Assembly: GCF_016432865.1 (NCBI RefSeq)
Contig: NC_067402.1
Location: 113,398,001-113,462,000 of the forward strand
DNA: 64,000 nt
Reading direction: 5' to 3'
DNA from: Antechinus flavipes
Taxonomy: Eukaryota
Shown in pieces: positions 36,016 to 49,268 of this stretch (the stretch's first letter is position 1; each line of letters starts with the position of its first letter). The notes below the pieces were generated by a model that made no database searches, was not told where the DNA came from, and saw only the letters and a list, made by a program, of their open reading frames with translations. Position numbers and translations under genes: made by a program.

Positions 36016-36378
36016 TAGAGACCTCTAACCTGAGAAAGGGTATAATTTTTGGATTTGAGATAGAAAATGGTTGCTGGCAGCAATGACGGTGCTGCAATTC
36101 TAAGCATCCCCAAACGCTTAGAGCTCTTAATTTGCACATCCCTTTAATCGGAAAAAAGCTGATTTTTAAAAAGAGAAAAAAATTTCCCTGCGGCTTGTTT
36201 AAGGAAGGAGGATCAGTTGTTCTAAGCGTATCCTTCTCAGCCAAAAACCCAAACGCCGCTTTTCTCTCTCCATCCCTCTTCCCGCGCGGATGAGAGCGAG
36301 CAGCTGCTGCGTGGCAGCTACGCGGCCCTAGCACACAAAGCCGAAGTCAGCACTGCACTCTCCGGGGCGGCGTCTCGC

Positions 36379-36393
36379 GTTGCCCCTGGCAAC
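36379..36393. promoter_or_regulatory. RFX X-box GTTGCC-CCT-GGCAAC
   Basis: Perfect inverted half-sites fitting GTNRCC-N(0-3)-RGYAAC about 210 bp upstream of the ATG of a ciliary gene. Confidence 0.75.
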
Positions 36394-36604
36394 CATTGAG
36401 CGGCGTCTGGGGCTGAGCTGACCGCAAGCTTGAGCGGGAGTAAGCGGCGCCGCTGTTGGTCCGCGGGAGGATCCGGACCAATCAGAAGAAAGGTCATTGG
36501 AAGGCCGGTAGGGAAGGTTGGAGGTAGGAAGAGGAAAGTAGAGGCGGCAAAGGGGGAGGAGTTGGTAGCCGCTGGAACACGGGGAGTCAGTCCGTTGGAG
36601 GAAG

Positions 36605-36637
36605 ATGTCTTCCCGAGGACACATTGGGGATCCTGAG
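36605..36637 (+). CDS. CEP41: CEP41 exon 1 coding part
   Basis: AAGATGT..GAG|gtaagg; MSSRGHIGDPE; 33 nt. Confidence 0.93.
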
Positions 36638-39464
36638 GTAAGGGGGAAGTCCAGATGGTGAGAGGCCTGGGGCCCGCGGGCCGGGAGCAGGTTCCACGTG
36701 GGCTCTCCGGGACTTCCGCTGCTGGATAGGTTGGGGGCTCCCAGAGAACCGGGACGATGCGGCGGAACCCCGAACCCTGGGGAGGAGGTGGGGAGTGGGG
36801 AGTGGGGGGGGGGGGGAGAAGAGAGAGAAGGAAGGGAACCGAAGTGTAGAGACCGAAAGGAAGGAGGCAACTTAATTCAATTCCGAGAGCACTGGTTAAG
36901 AGACAAAGAAAAATGAACCAGACCCTGCCCTCGAGGAGCTTACGCTCTACCGGGTGGGGAGGCGGAGTGAGACACTGACAGCGAGAAAGTGATGGGGAAA
37001 AAGAAAGAAAAGAAATCGAATTGCTGGACGCACTTGCCTGCTGGAGGGGCCGTTTGAGCTATAGATTGATGGGTTGGGTACCAGAAGCATCAGAGAAACC
37101 CAGCTTGTCGGGAATAGCCGCGGGCTTGAAAGAAGTGGGTGTCGTGAGCTCAGCCTGAATCTTAGGAGAAGTGATGAGGAACCCATGGAATTGACCGGAG
37201 AGAGAAGCAGCGTGGGCCTGCCTGTGCTTGAAGGGAATGGATCCTTTTGGGAATTTCGTGGGTAAATAGATTACTGAGGGGACTGGCGGCGTTGAGACCA
37301 ACTGGGAGGGTTTTTGGCTGAAAAGGCATCCCAGGGGGCCAGTGATGAGGGCAGAGTTGAACACAGGGACTCTCTGTTTAGGGGTCTTCCGGGTGGAATA
37401 GGGGAAACATCGCCAAAGAACAACAAACACTCCAGACATTGGATATGATGATAGTCCTGGCCAGAAAACAAAGTACTCCCTGCCTTTCCCGTTTACTTCA
37501 ATACTCGAGCTCTTTCTTGACTAATGACTTAAAATTTGGAGAGGCTGTTTTTAAATTCATATTTTAAGATGATCTGCCTGAAATTCTTTTTAAGGTATGG
37601 TAGCTTTAAATGGATCCAATTTTAAATTGGTTCAAATCATTTTTCTTAATGGATTTCCTCAGTAGAAGGCTAGGTGAGAAATATTGGACAAGAAGGAAGA
37701 TGTGGTTAAATTTTGTGGAAATGTAAATTTGTTTCACTGGATACCTACTATTTTAAAGTGAGCAAATCCTTTTGGTCCTGTGATGAAAGTTATGCAAATG
37801 ATTACCAAATCTTCTTTTTATATTTGACTCATTTTTCGTATTCCTACTTTTAACCAGTCTTGTTACCACAGGCCCTGAACTACTGAAGTGGCTTTATTGA
37901 TTTTCCCTTTATTGAAATAATCCCTCTACCAGTCCATTCTTTAAGGCAAACCCAGTTAAGTCTTCTTAAGTCACTATGATTGTTCTACTCCCTGATTCAG
38001 AAACTTCCAACTAATTCCAACAGAATAAAATCCAAACCCCTTAGCCTGACATTTAGGATCCTCCAAAGTTTAATCCATTTTCAGTCACTTATTTCCTCCC
38101 ATATCAATTTTTCATTTCAGCCAAACTGTCTTAAGCTTCCAGATATGAATTGCGAAATTCTCCTTTCTCCTTTCTCTAACGGACCTCCTGTAGTCAGAAT
38201 TTGGCTACCATTGATATATGGTACATCTCCCCCTCCTTTCTTCCAAATGAAATTCCATTCTATAAAATGAGCATGGATGCCATTCATCTTTATGAAGGTT
38301 CTTTAATCATCCTAGGTATTAGTGAATTCTATTGCCTCTGAATCTTGTGATTAAGTATATTAAAGAGAGGAGGCACAAAGCGAATTACTATTTGAAGTCC
38401 CAAGAGTAGTGGATTGTTAAAAACCAGGGTGAGGAGGGAAGGTTTCATGGAGAGGAGGAGGTAGTAATTGAGTTAGGTTTTAAAGGATAAGTTGATAGAT
38501 AGGAATTCAGTAGATGAAATCTGGGGTGGGAAGGAATATTCTAGGAAGAGAAATAACAATAATAATAGTAGTAAATTCAGAGGATAGCAGCACACTTAGG
38601 GGTCAGAGAAAGTGGAGTCCCAGCTATAGTATAGAATGTGTAGAGGAGAATATTATGAAAGAAGATGAGTATTTTAGGGTAGTTTCAGGTTGTTTTGTTG
38701 TAGTTCTTGAATTCAAACAAAGCAAAGGAATTTTAATTTTATTTAGTATGCAATCAGGGCCACTAAAGATTTTTCATCAGAGAAATAACATGACCAGATC
38801 TGTGCATACGAAAAATAATTTTGGCAGTATTGATTTCAAACAAGGAGCTTTGGTTAGATATAATCTAGAGAAGACTTCATAGAAGTGGTATTTGTACTAA
38901 GCAATTGGAAGATACATAAGATATGTGAAGAGAGATATGCAGAGATGATTATTTCCTGTTAAAGACAACAAGTAGTCTTTAAATTATGGTTGATCAAGAT
39001 TAAGAGAGATAATGTGATTTTTAAAAAATAGCACTGACTCCTAGAGTCTGGGTAGACCTGAATTTTCAAGTTCTGCCTTTGACACTTATTTACTATGTGG
39101 CCTTAGGCAAATCATTTATTTTAGCTTCTTAGTATGCTAGACAACTCTTTAAAATAGGTGTTATTAACCTTTTTTTTTTCATCTTGAGTTCCTTAAGCAT
39201 TCTGGGGAACTTTTTGTCAGTCTCAGAATGTTGTTTTTAAATTAGTAATACATGGGATTATAAAAGAAAATCAGTTATATTCATTTGTCACTTAGTTGTC
39301 CTGTAAAACTGACCTCTATAGCCTTTCTCTTCAGCATCTTCTGCCAAATGTGACTTGCCTACTTAAAATCTTAGCTGTTATTTTCTCAACATTTTCATCC
39401 CCCTCTTTACTGCCACAATCATTTTTCCATGAGCCTAATTAATGTGGCTTTTCTTTTCTTCCAG

Positions 39465-39528
39465 TTTCTGACCAAAAGGATTCCACAGAACCCAAAGTAT
39501 CAGCATGTCAAGACTAGACTTGACACTG
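39465..39528 (+). CDS. CEP41: CEP41 exon 2
   Basis: ttccag|TTT..ACTG|gtgag; FLTKRIPQNPKYQHVKTRLDT; 64 nt. Confidence 0.95.
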
Positions 39529-42500
39529 GTGAGTAAGGATTAGAACTTTGGAAAAGTCACAATCAAATTAGTAAATCTGTTTAATGGCAGATAGTTATCT
39601 GAGCAGCTAATTATTGGCAGGAGCTATTGAACTATAACTGGTATGAGTCACAATTAGAACTTTCTGATCCAGGATATATGGTTCGTGGGGTAAGAATTTC
39701 TTTATTTTCAAAAGTTATAACCACTTTATTCTTCCCATGAAGTGGACATGGGGTAGTACTTATATTGCTGTTTTAAGGAATGGAGAAACTGAGGCACCAA
39801 GAAGTTTCATAGTGTGCTCATTTAGTTGAAGAACTGAAAACAAAATCCAAGGATCTCATCAACTTTCCTGCTGTATATTTAACATTTATTCCCATAAATC
39901 CCACTGTGATATATATGTATGTATGTATTTACTTTTCAATCATTGAGTGTCTGCTGCTTGAAAGCATTCCATGTTTTTAATATACTAATCATCCCATTGA
40001 GATGGTTTTTCTGATGGGTTATCTAGGATTTTCTCCTAACAGCCATCTTTTTCTGTGACTAAGGAAGAACAGTCTCATGGAACACAGATGTTCATTTAAA
40101 TCTTTTTGGCTGGTTTTCCTCAGTGTTTAATTATGTACACAGTTCATTGTCTAAATGGACATGTTTTAAATGAGATATACCATTACAACACACAGCTTCT
40201 ACCTTTAACTAAGGAATTCAGTGCTTTGTAAATATTCATTCTTACAAAATCCCTGTTTGATGAAGAGATGAACAGTATCCCTACTTGTAAATTAACTGGA
40301 AAATTGAGGCCCAGAGAATTGATGTCCCATTAGGAATCTTAGGAAAAGGAATTAAGACAAGAATTTCAAAGACAGAGGAATCCTAGCACCCTGCAATCCT
40401 GACTTCAAGTCTAGTATACTAGCTTCTAGGCTTGGCTCCCTTTGCTGTTTTCTCCTTACCCAAATTTCTGTCACCCAATACTGTCAGCTCCTCTGTCTCC
40501 ATCTGTCTCCCTATGAACTATGACTAAGCTGCACCTCTGGGATTAATTTTTTTGTAAGATATGCACCCAAATTAAAACACTTCATTTATTCTGAGATACA
40601 ACAACATAATAGAGTTCTGTGCATCCAAAATTTTAAAGGTTGAAATTAATTTTAGATGGATATATTTTTATATATATTTCAAGGTCATATATGTTCAGAG
40701 TTTTTCTTTTTCCTGGAAAAAAGTCTTAGAGTTATGATTTTTAGAAGAGGAAATTTTCTTCTCTTTCCTCAGCTCAAAGCAAAAGTTTAACTCCATGACA
40801 ATGTTTGTGAAATTCTTCATTTTTTTGTAAAAGAGATACTCAGTACACATTAAACTCCTACATCCTTCCATGTGCTGGTTTTTCTAGTAAGCTATCTTTT
40901 CACCAGCTTAATTATGGGTTGGGGAAGTAGATGTAATTATTTGCGTAAAACTCAAGTTTGCTTTTGTTGTTTTTTTCTTTAAAGTCAAATATATTGGAAT
41001 GTCTTTAGTTTGAGTTTTTATATTACTTTGAATTTTGTGCCACACTACCAGAATGACCTGACACCTCAGGAGTAAATAGATTTAATCTAGAGTATTAGAA
41101 GACTCTGCAGTCAGAGCAATAGAAATAAGCACAAAGCTTAATGAGCATTTCAAAATCCCATGCTAAATAGATGGGTCTTCAATTTTTTCTTAGAAACAGT
41201 GGGCGATTCAGAGTTAAACTCAAGAGGTTATGAATTCCGTGATGTTACCTCCTGTCTTCAACAAAATTATCTACTCCCGAAATCTTCAAAGACCTCAGTC
41301 TTCCTCCTGGGTAAAGGTTTCTTTTTTCCGCCTCTGTATTTTTGAGTCTACAGTTCATTGGAACTTAAATACTGATTCATAAATAAGGCCAGAAATCTTA
41401 GATTTATTTTGAGCTTCCAATTTTTTTTCTTATGTACTTCATAAGCTTAAGAGTGCATGCCATTAACTTTACAAGGTGTTGTCAGAGCATCATTAATTGG
41501 ACTCAATTAGTCCCCAGTTAAGTTTTTTATGTGTTATCCAATTATCCTTCCAATGTGCTCATGTTTTCTCTTAATTATTTTTCATGAGTTCCTACTCTGA
41601 CCAGAACTGCAGCCTCATTATTCACTCACTCATATAGTCTTTACTCACTACCTTTATCATTTTCTAATTTAGAATTTTTCTGACTTTCAGAGTTGTCTTC
41701 TGTTTTCTATTGTCTTTCTTATTCAGCACTATAATTTTTTTATCTGCACACTGACTTCTTTGTCTAAATATCTGCTAACTGGATTTGATAAAGATAACTG
41801 CTTTCTTTTTCTTGATTTCTATCCCTCCAAAACAGTGAACTTCTTTTCAGAAAAGGGAATAGAGCAATGTAGATATGTCTCAGTAACTGGCATTATGCTA
41901 GTTATACCTTGCCTAGTATGCTTCCTTATTTTATTAGCAAAATGCAAATGAAATATGTATTATAGTAATTTTTTTTAGTAAAAAAACTAATAAGTTTTGT
42001 TAACTAAATACATCTAATAAATGAGAAACATCCTTGGCTGAGTCAATGGAGAAATGACAATTTTTCTATTGATTTTAATTTAAAAATTTTGTCATTTGCC
42101 CTTTTCTCTTACATTGTAAATTTCTTAAATGATGGGCACCAGACAGGCCACAGGATACCTGTTAGTCTTGACATTAGCAGTAAATCACTCTTTGTGAGCA
42201 AGGTCTGAGTTTCCTCTTCTGCAAACTGAAGGAGTTAGGCCACTTGATCTTGTAAGGTCCCTTTTAGCTCTAAAATACTTTGATAATCTGATTCTGTGTT
42301 TTATGTTCCTAGGCCATTTTAGAGCCAGGTACAGAATTTAGCATATTAAAGTGCTATAAATGTATACTCCACTTAAAAAAAAAAAAAAAAAAGATATGAA
42401 AAAAAAGATTACCTTGTTTTTTGTGTTTTCTTGCATTATGAAAGGAATTGTTGGCTTTAACAATAGTAATTTACATTTATAAAGTGCTGTAATGATTACA

Positions 42501-42848
42501 ATCCTATGAGATATAGGTAGTGAAAGTATTCTCATTCATCCTCATTTCACAGGTGAGGACACTGACTCATAGAGGTTGACTTTGCCCACAACCACACAGC
42601 TAGTTTGAGACCCAGAATTTGAATCTAATTCTCCTGATTCCATGTTCTCTTTGAATTATAACATAGTGTCTCTGTAGTAAATTTCATTAATTGAACAGAT
42701 AGTCTATCATCAGGTATTCAGTTACATCCTTATGCAATGAATACTGTGTAAGAATTAGGTAAGACATATTGTCATGGACCTTAAAGTCTAGTAGAGAAGA
42801 TATGACAGATACATTAAACTATGAGAAAGTCCATAAGAAAGTACAGAG

Positions 42849-42987
42849 GAACACATACTAAGTTCACTTCTTTTTTTCTGTTTGTTTTTTTTAATCTCTC
42901 CCATGGTTTTCCCCTTTTGCTTAGATTTTTTTTCTCTCACTATGATTCATAAAGCATTGTGTTAAAAAATAAATTTAATGTAAAAAA
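42849..42987 (+). mobile_element. 5'-truncated L1 3' end with 14-bp target-site duplication
   Basis: TSD aagaaagtacagag at 42835-42848 and 42988-43001; A-rich tail. Confidence 0.85.
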
Positions 42988-44010
42988 AAGAAAGTACAGA
43001 GTATCATGTAAGGTTTGAATAGGGAAAGTTCCAGGAAGAATTGGGAAAGTCTTCCAAGAGAAGAAGGCATTTTGGCTAGATGCTGTAAGATAAATAAAAT
43101 TTCAGAACATGGAATGAAAATCAAAGAGGCCATTTTATTCATAGGAAAATGTCAAAGTATACAAACGGGGTTAAGAGTTTGCCTGGAAGGTAGTGCCTTT
43201 GGAAGAGAGCATTAGTGTGAGATAAGATTGGAAATATGGAGAGAAACCATATTATGGAGATTTTTGTATGCCAGGCCTAGGAGCTTCTCAAGTAGGCAAT
43301 AGGGAATCTTCAGAAAGTTTTGAGAAAGGGTGGTCCTTAACAGAAGGGAATACTGTGATTAATCAGGAAGATTAATCAGGCATTGATGTTATGTGTGTTT
43401 GTTGATTTTAAAGAGGGAAAGTGAGGGACAACATAGCAGAAGCAGGAAGACCAGTTAGAAAGCTATTTATTGCAAAAGGCCAAGTGTGGATGGCAGTACT
43501 GTACTGGAATGATAGTGGTGGGAATAATGGGCAGGTAGTATGTATTTGAAATCAGAAAAGTCAGAGTATACAAGACTTAATTGTAGGAGGCAAGGAATAG
43601 GAGACAGGATAAACACCTTTAAAAATTTTGAATGAGGGAAACTTTGTAACTAACTCTGTCCCTGACAAATAGTAATGACAGAAGAAACTTTGGTTTGAGA
43701 CTTATTGACTTACATCCAGGTTAGATATTCTTTAGGCATTTGAAAATGAAAACCTAGAACTTTGAAGAGGAAGTCCAGCCTAGAGACTGAGATTTGGAAG
43801 TGACCTGTGTAAAAAAGTAAGTAGTTAAAGCTTTGAGAGGGAATGGGATTGCTAGAAGAGAAACTGTTGTTGAAAGAGGTGATGAGGACAGAACCTTAGG
43901 GAACAGCAGTTGTATTAAAGGGTAAGGAAACCTATTATGAGCATAGTGTTATTGTAGGCACAGAAAGAATTCAAAGATGAAACATGTCTCTTCTCTCCAG
44001 CACTTACTGT

Positions 44011-44234
44011 AGTAAGGGAGATAGATGATCTACTTGTTATATTTATATAGACAAAAATTGCTTTAGATATTCTGGAAAGGAAGCAATCATTTCCTTCTGA
44101 GGAGATTCAGAAAGGCATTATAAACAGTGCACTGTGGTAGTAAGGGAGCTAATCTACCTGTTATAGATAGACAAAAATTGCTGTAGATGGTCTGGAAAAG
44201 AAATTATCATTTCCTTCTGAGGAGATTCAGAAAG
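44011..44234. repeat. Imperfect tandem duplication, about 100 bp x2 (44011-44114, 44139-44234)
   Basis: Shared tagacaaaaattgct..tcatttccttctgaggagattcagaaag; offset 128. Confidence 0.85.
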
Positions 44235-47200
44235 CACACTGTGTTTAGGGGTGGTAAACAAAAGTCCAATTAAAGGGATGCATTTGTATAGAGGAGCAAT
44301 AGGAGATTAATTGGAAAGCTATGGAGAGGCTAAATCGTGAAAGCCTTGAATAATCAGGCTGGACAGGTTTGGGCTTTTTCCAGTAGGCAGTAGTTTGGAG
44401 TAGTAGGAGGACCAAAGTGTTATTTCAGGAAGATTAATCTAATGACAGTGTAAAGAACAGCTAAGTGCAAGGGGAGCCCAAGAAACCAGGACACCAGTTA
44501 GGAGGAGACAACATACTGGTTTTGGTATTGTGGGGCAGAAAGGCAGAAGTACTAAAATGTGAGTCATTTGACAAAAACTTAGTTTAGAGACAATCTTCTA
44601 GGAATGCCTCTCATAAAACAATGTATATAACTATTAATATAAAACGTATCCTTCTGCCAGTTTCATTAATAGAATGTACTAACCACAAAGCTTTTAAGTG
44701 AACTGTGAGCCGGTATGATTAATTGGACCCAAATCAATCAGCAGAGATGGAGAATAGCAGACTGGGACCAGTCATACTTTGAGATCATGTTAGCATAAGT
44801 ACTTAACTGCTTAACCTCACTGAGCTTCAGTTTTCCTTATTTGTAAAATAAGAATATAATACTTAACTCACAGAGATCAAATGAGATAGAGCATTTTATA
44901 AACATTTCACTAATGTAAACTTCAGCTATTACTGTCATCATTCTTATGAAAGAAGATAAAGCCAGATTCCTTCTTTAGTCCTACAATTAAAACATCACAC
45001 ACATATACTACCTTCCCATTTTGTCTCACTCCAGTACTGTTTCTGACATTCTGTATCCTTGAGAGAATACCTGTTTTTAGCCATTTGTCCTTGGTCTTGA
45101 CACAGATTCCCCTTCTGGTTTCCCCCTTGTGTCAAGTAACAGAACAACACTAATCCAACTCACACTGTTGTCGTGAGGCTGCTACAAAGGATTGTAAAGA
45201 TATTTTGTGAAATTTGAAGTATTGTGTAAATGTTCTGTGAAACTGTTTAACAATGATATAATAAAATTAATAAACATGAGAAAATACAGCAACTGGTATA
45301 AAACACTATGTAACTGGAAAATGCTTTATTAGTCATGTTATGGAAAGCTTTATTTTCAATAATAAAAACTATATGTGATCGATCATATTCACTGTTGTTT
45401 TCTTTCTGTTTTGTGTCCTGGGAGTTTAGAGTACAAAGTGGCCATTAGCTACTGTTAGTGAGGTATTGATATTTGCCTGCAGCTACCTCACAACCAGACT
45501 GGGCACATTTTCATGTTTATGTAAGACACTAAACTCTTTTACAAAGGTGATGTTCAATTAGGGAGAGAATTTAGTGAGCCAGATTGGAAATTCAGAGACT
45601 CTGAGTTCTGATCCTGGTCCGGCTGCTTTTCATCATGTGAATCTCATCAGTCACTTAATCTCTCTCCCTCCTGGTGTCTCAGTTTCCCCATTAATGATTT
45701 CCTCAGTAAAAGAAGCGTGAAACTGTAATGTTTCTCCTCACGGCAGAATTGTATGGGATACATAATTACAAAATCCCAATGTGCAGTGCTGTTCAAACCA
45801 CCCTAGATATGGAGTCAGAAGGCTTGACTTCAAAACCTGGCCCTGCCTCTTAAACTGGCAACCTTGTGACTTTGGGGAAGTCCAATAATATTTCGGGGCT
45901 TCAGTTCATTTGTGAAGTGAAAGTTGGATCTCTGAGGTCCTAAGTTTATGATCCTCTTAAGGCATATTGTTTCTTCCACTCAGTATACCAGTCAATCTCA
46001 TTTATCCTTGCCTTCAATGAGATGGGGATTAGGAAGAAGTTTGTCTGGGAACAACTCTGAATTCCTTTGGAGTATTTTTGAGTATCTTCTTAGTGTGAAA
46101 GACCCAGAGAAGACCAAAGTTAATTCTAGGACTGTTTTGGGGGGAGGTTTAGACCTATTCAGGGTGGACTCCTAAATATATTGGAAACTCCAGGGAACCA
46201 CTAGAACCAACAATATCTCTAAGGACCTTTGAAGTAGAAATGACTTGGATTGAAATCAGATTTTCCAGGGTTGCTCTCATCTAAAACTAAATTCCTCCCT
46301 TATAATCTCCCTGGCATAAACACCCCGCCCTGAGCACCAGGGCTAGTAGGGCTTAGTGTAACACACCTAATAAAACCTGATTTTAGGTTGGATTTTGTGA
46401 AATACCAATATGAAATATTATTGGTAACTGAAATAGAAGACTATGTATGTATCTAATCTCCTGAATTTCAGAACAAAGATTGTCTCTGTGCCTTTGGCCC
46501 AAACCTAAAGACTAATGACTAATTTAAAGGGATTCTTCAACTGTCTAGTTACTACCATCTCAGAGACATTTATTTTTTTCTGAATTTGGTCTGGTTAGTC
46601 TTCTGAGGTATGAGTATAATAAACTGTCCTCAAGTAAACTTTATAAAAAGGAAAAAATCAAAAGCTTTTTTCCCTTTCTATATAGCCCAATGTGGCAGAA
46701 TTGACTTGAAGCAGATCCAATAAAAAATGACATCTGATTAAGAGTCCATCCATTTACCAGCACAATCCTGGCTGACCTACTTTTAACATTTGAAAACTTT
46801 CCAAACCACCTTGGCTAGAATTCCCTTCATACTGTAGACCCAAGACTCTTTACAGGGAACTGGATGTGATCCACTACAGTGGAAAACCTTGTTATTTCCA
46901 AGAAAATACAGCCTTCCATGACTTGACAAGACTGTGTATGGCTCAGACCACATCATCAGCCTGACTTCTAGAGAAAAGAAGAGAAAATAGGCAGAATATC
47001 CAATGCTGATTGGATAGCTATGCAGATAATACCCTAGGCCTTCAAAGGGTGATAATGTCTTGTTCTTCTTGGTACATATTTCCCCAGAGAATGATTATAG
47101 TAAAATAAGCAACTTGGACTTTGCTATTATGGAGTACTCCCAAGGTGAGGAGTACTGAGTTAGGAGTACTACTGCTTAAGCAGTGGGCACCTTCCTTTCA

Positions 47201-47653
47201 ATTTAGTCTTAGTTGACTCAAGCACTGAGAAGTTTTTAAATGACTGCCTCAGGGAGAAGTATCCCAAGGTCTGCACTTTATCCACTATAACATGGGGCTT
47301 CCCTATGGTAAGAAAAAAACTATTTGGGGGAGAGGGAGAGAAAGATAAATAAAATTTGTCTTTAATGTAGTGTAGGGAGATAATTTCTAGAGGCTCTAAA
47401 ATATTCACTGATTGTATACCTGTGACCTAAACTATGTTTTCCCAAAACATTTCCCTGCTTTTTAATGAACAAGATAGTTCACAAGAAAAAAAAAAAAGTT
47501 TACCTAGCTGAGCAAATTTGTCTATTGTCTATAGTCCAGAAGTCCAATGATAGTTGAAAAAACTTAGAATAATCTTGTTTCTCCCTCTCTTATTCCATTG
47601 TATCATCGTCTTCCATAAAAAATTTATCCAAAATGTTTCTTCTCTTTTTATAG

Positions 47654-47701
47654 GTAGCAGTATGACCAAATACACCGAGAAACTAGAAGAGATTAAAAAA
47701 A
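47654..47701 (+). CDS. CEP41: CEP41 exon 3
   Basis: ttatag|GT..AAAA|gtaag; (G)SSMTKYTEKLEEIKK; 48 nt. Confidence 0.95.
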
Positions 47702-49268
47702 GTAAGTAACAAGGAAGATTTGAGGAAATTGAAGTTTTATAGTTGCCATTTTACTTTTTCATCCTTACCATCAAGAATATTCACTTATCAAGGCTTATTG
47801 TCAGTTTCATCTAGAGATGAAAGACAGAAGCGGGTGAGGATGGGGGAGGTGGATGTGTATGAGAGACAGATGAGTCTAAGATATAGAGAGGGATAGAGAC
47901 TGAAAGATACAGAAATAGACAAACTAAATTTACAGAAAGAGAAAAAATCTTAATTATATAGGGATATAGAGACTGAAAGAGAAAAAGAGGTACACAAACT
48001 AAATTTACAGAAATACAGAGACAGAGGCAGAGTCAAAGAGAAAAGGAAGGGGTGGCAAGATCAGGAGGAAAAAGAAAGAGAAAGAAAAGTAGGGAGAAAG
48101 ATTAGATGAGGAAGGAGAGAAAGAAATGAGAAACAGACTGGGAATCTTGGCATGTGCTTGGGGGTGCTTGGCAAGGGCCCCAGGTGTAGAAGGGTCCAAA
48201 GGGAGCTTGGAGACTTTGTCTTCTGCCTGTGTCACAGTCACTGCTCAATGACCAAGCCACACCTCTCTGATTATCTTGAATAAAATGTCAGCCTATAAAA
48301 TTGGGGCCTTCCAGCTCAAGGCCTGCTGGTCTTTTAAAAAATTCTTTAGGGGGAAGTTCATGTCAAGAAGTAGGTTATGCATTGATGGAATGAGTTCTAG
48401 CATGGAGAGTGAGACTAATAGCAGAATTGCCTAAGACTGCCTTAGCAGCTTGGAGGAAATTGACTCTTTTCTATTTGTTTCTCCGTATTTCAAAGAAGGA
48501 TGATAATCCTTTATGTAATTAAAAAAAAAAAAGTCAAACTATGAAATATGACTGAAGTACTTTGAAATCCCTTGAGTTATTAATATTTGCTTTTAATTCT
48601 GGGTTTAGTTTTCCTCTGAGAACATATCCAGCTCCTGTTTTTATTATTGTGCAAAAAGCAAGATACTGCCTAGTACATTAAACAAGATTATAATTTTCCA
48701 TACTGGGAGTAACATTCTTAAACAATCTGATACATCAAGATTAGAGTTAACACAGAAGTTGAGAGGCAGGTGGCAGATTTTTGCTTCCCAAATTAGATAT
48801 AGCCAGGTGGAAACACTGAAGTGTTTATAATGTAGAATAATAGCTAAACTAAGCAGAGAAAAGCCTTGAAAGAAAAGCCCTACTTTCTCACTGATGGTCT
48901 GGCTAGATCCATCTTTATCCTTGATAGAAAAATAGAATTGGATCTCAAAAAATGTGTCAGGGTGTATTTTTTTCTTGATAAAAACCTCTAAATTTGAATA
49001 TTCTATTCTTGTTTCTGCACTTTGTGAACTACCAGTGACTTGGCTAAACTGGGCACTGGATGAAGCCTTGAGAGAAGCTTGATTCGCTCTTCAGCTTTAC
49101 ATTTTGAAATGGGAAGCACCTGGGATCATGGGACCTGAGTTTGAATTTTTTTGCCACACTCAGTACTCATACAAGTAAATTGACAAACTTCTCTGAACCT
49201 GTTTCCTCCTCTGTAGAAAGAAAGGCTTGAGCCTCTAAAGTTTTCTCTAGCTCTCTGGTCTGTTTTCT

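Larger units (their letters stand above)
36180..37260 (+). promoter_or_regulatory. CEP41: CEP41 promoter CpG island
   Basis: CpG-dense region spanning CEP41 exon 1; GC box at about 36364; CCAAT box GACCAATCAG at 36476-36485. Confidence 0.85.

Noticed and set aside
48250-48320. AATAAA plus TATAAAA, LTR-like patch
   Set aside because: Order is reversed relative to an LTR (poly(A) signal before TATA); no TG..CA ends or TSD identified
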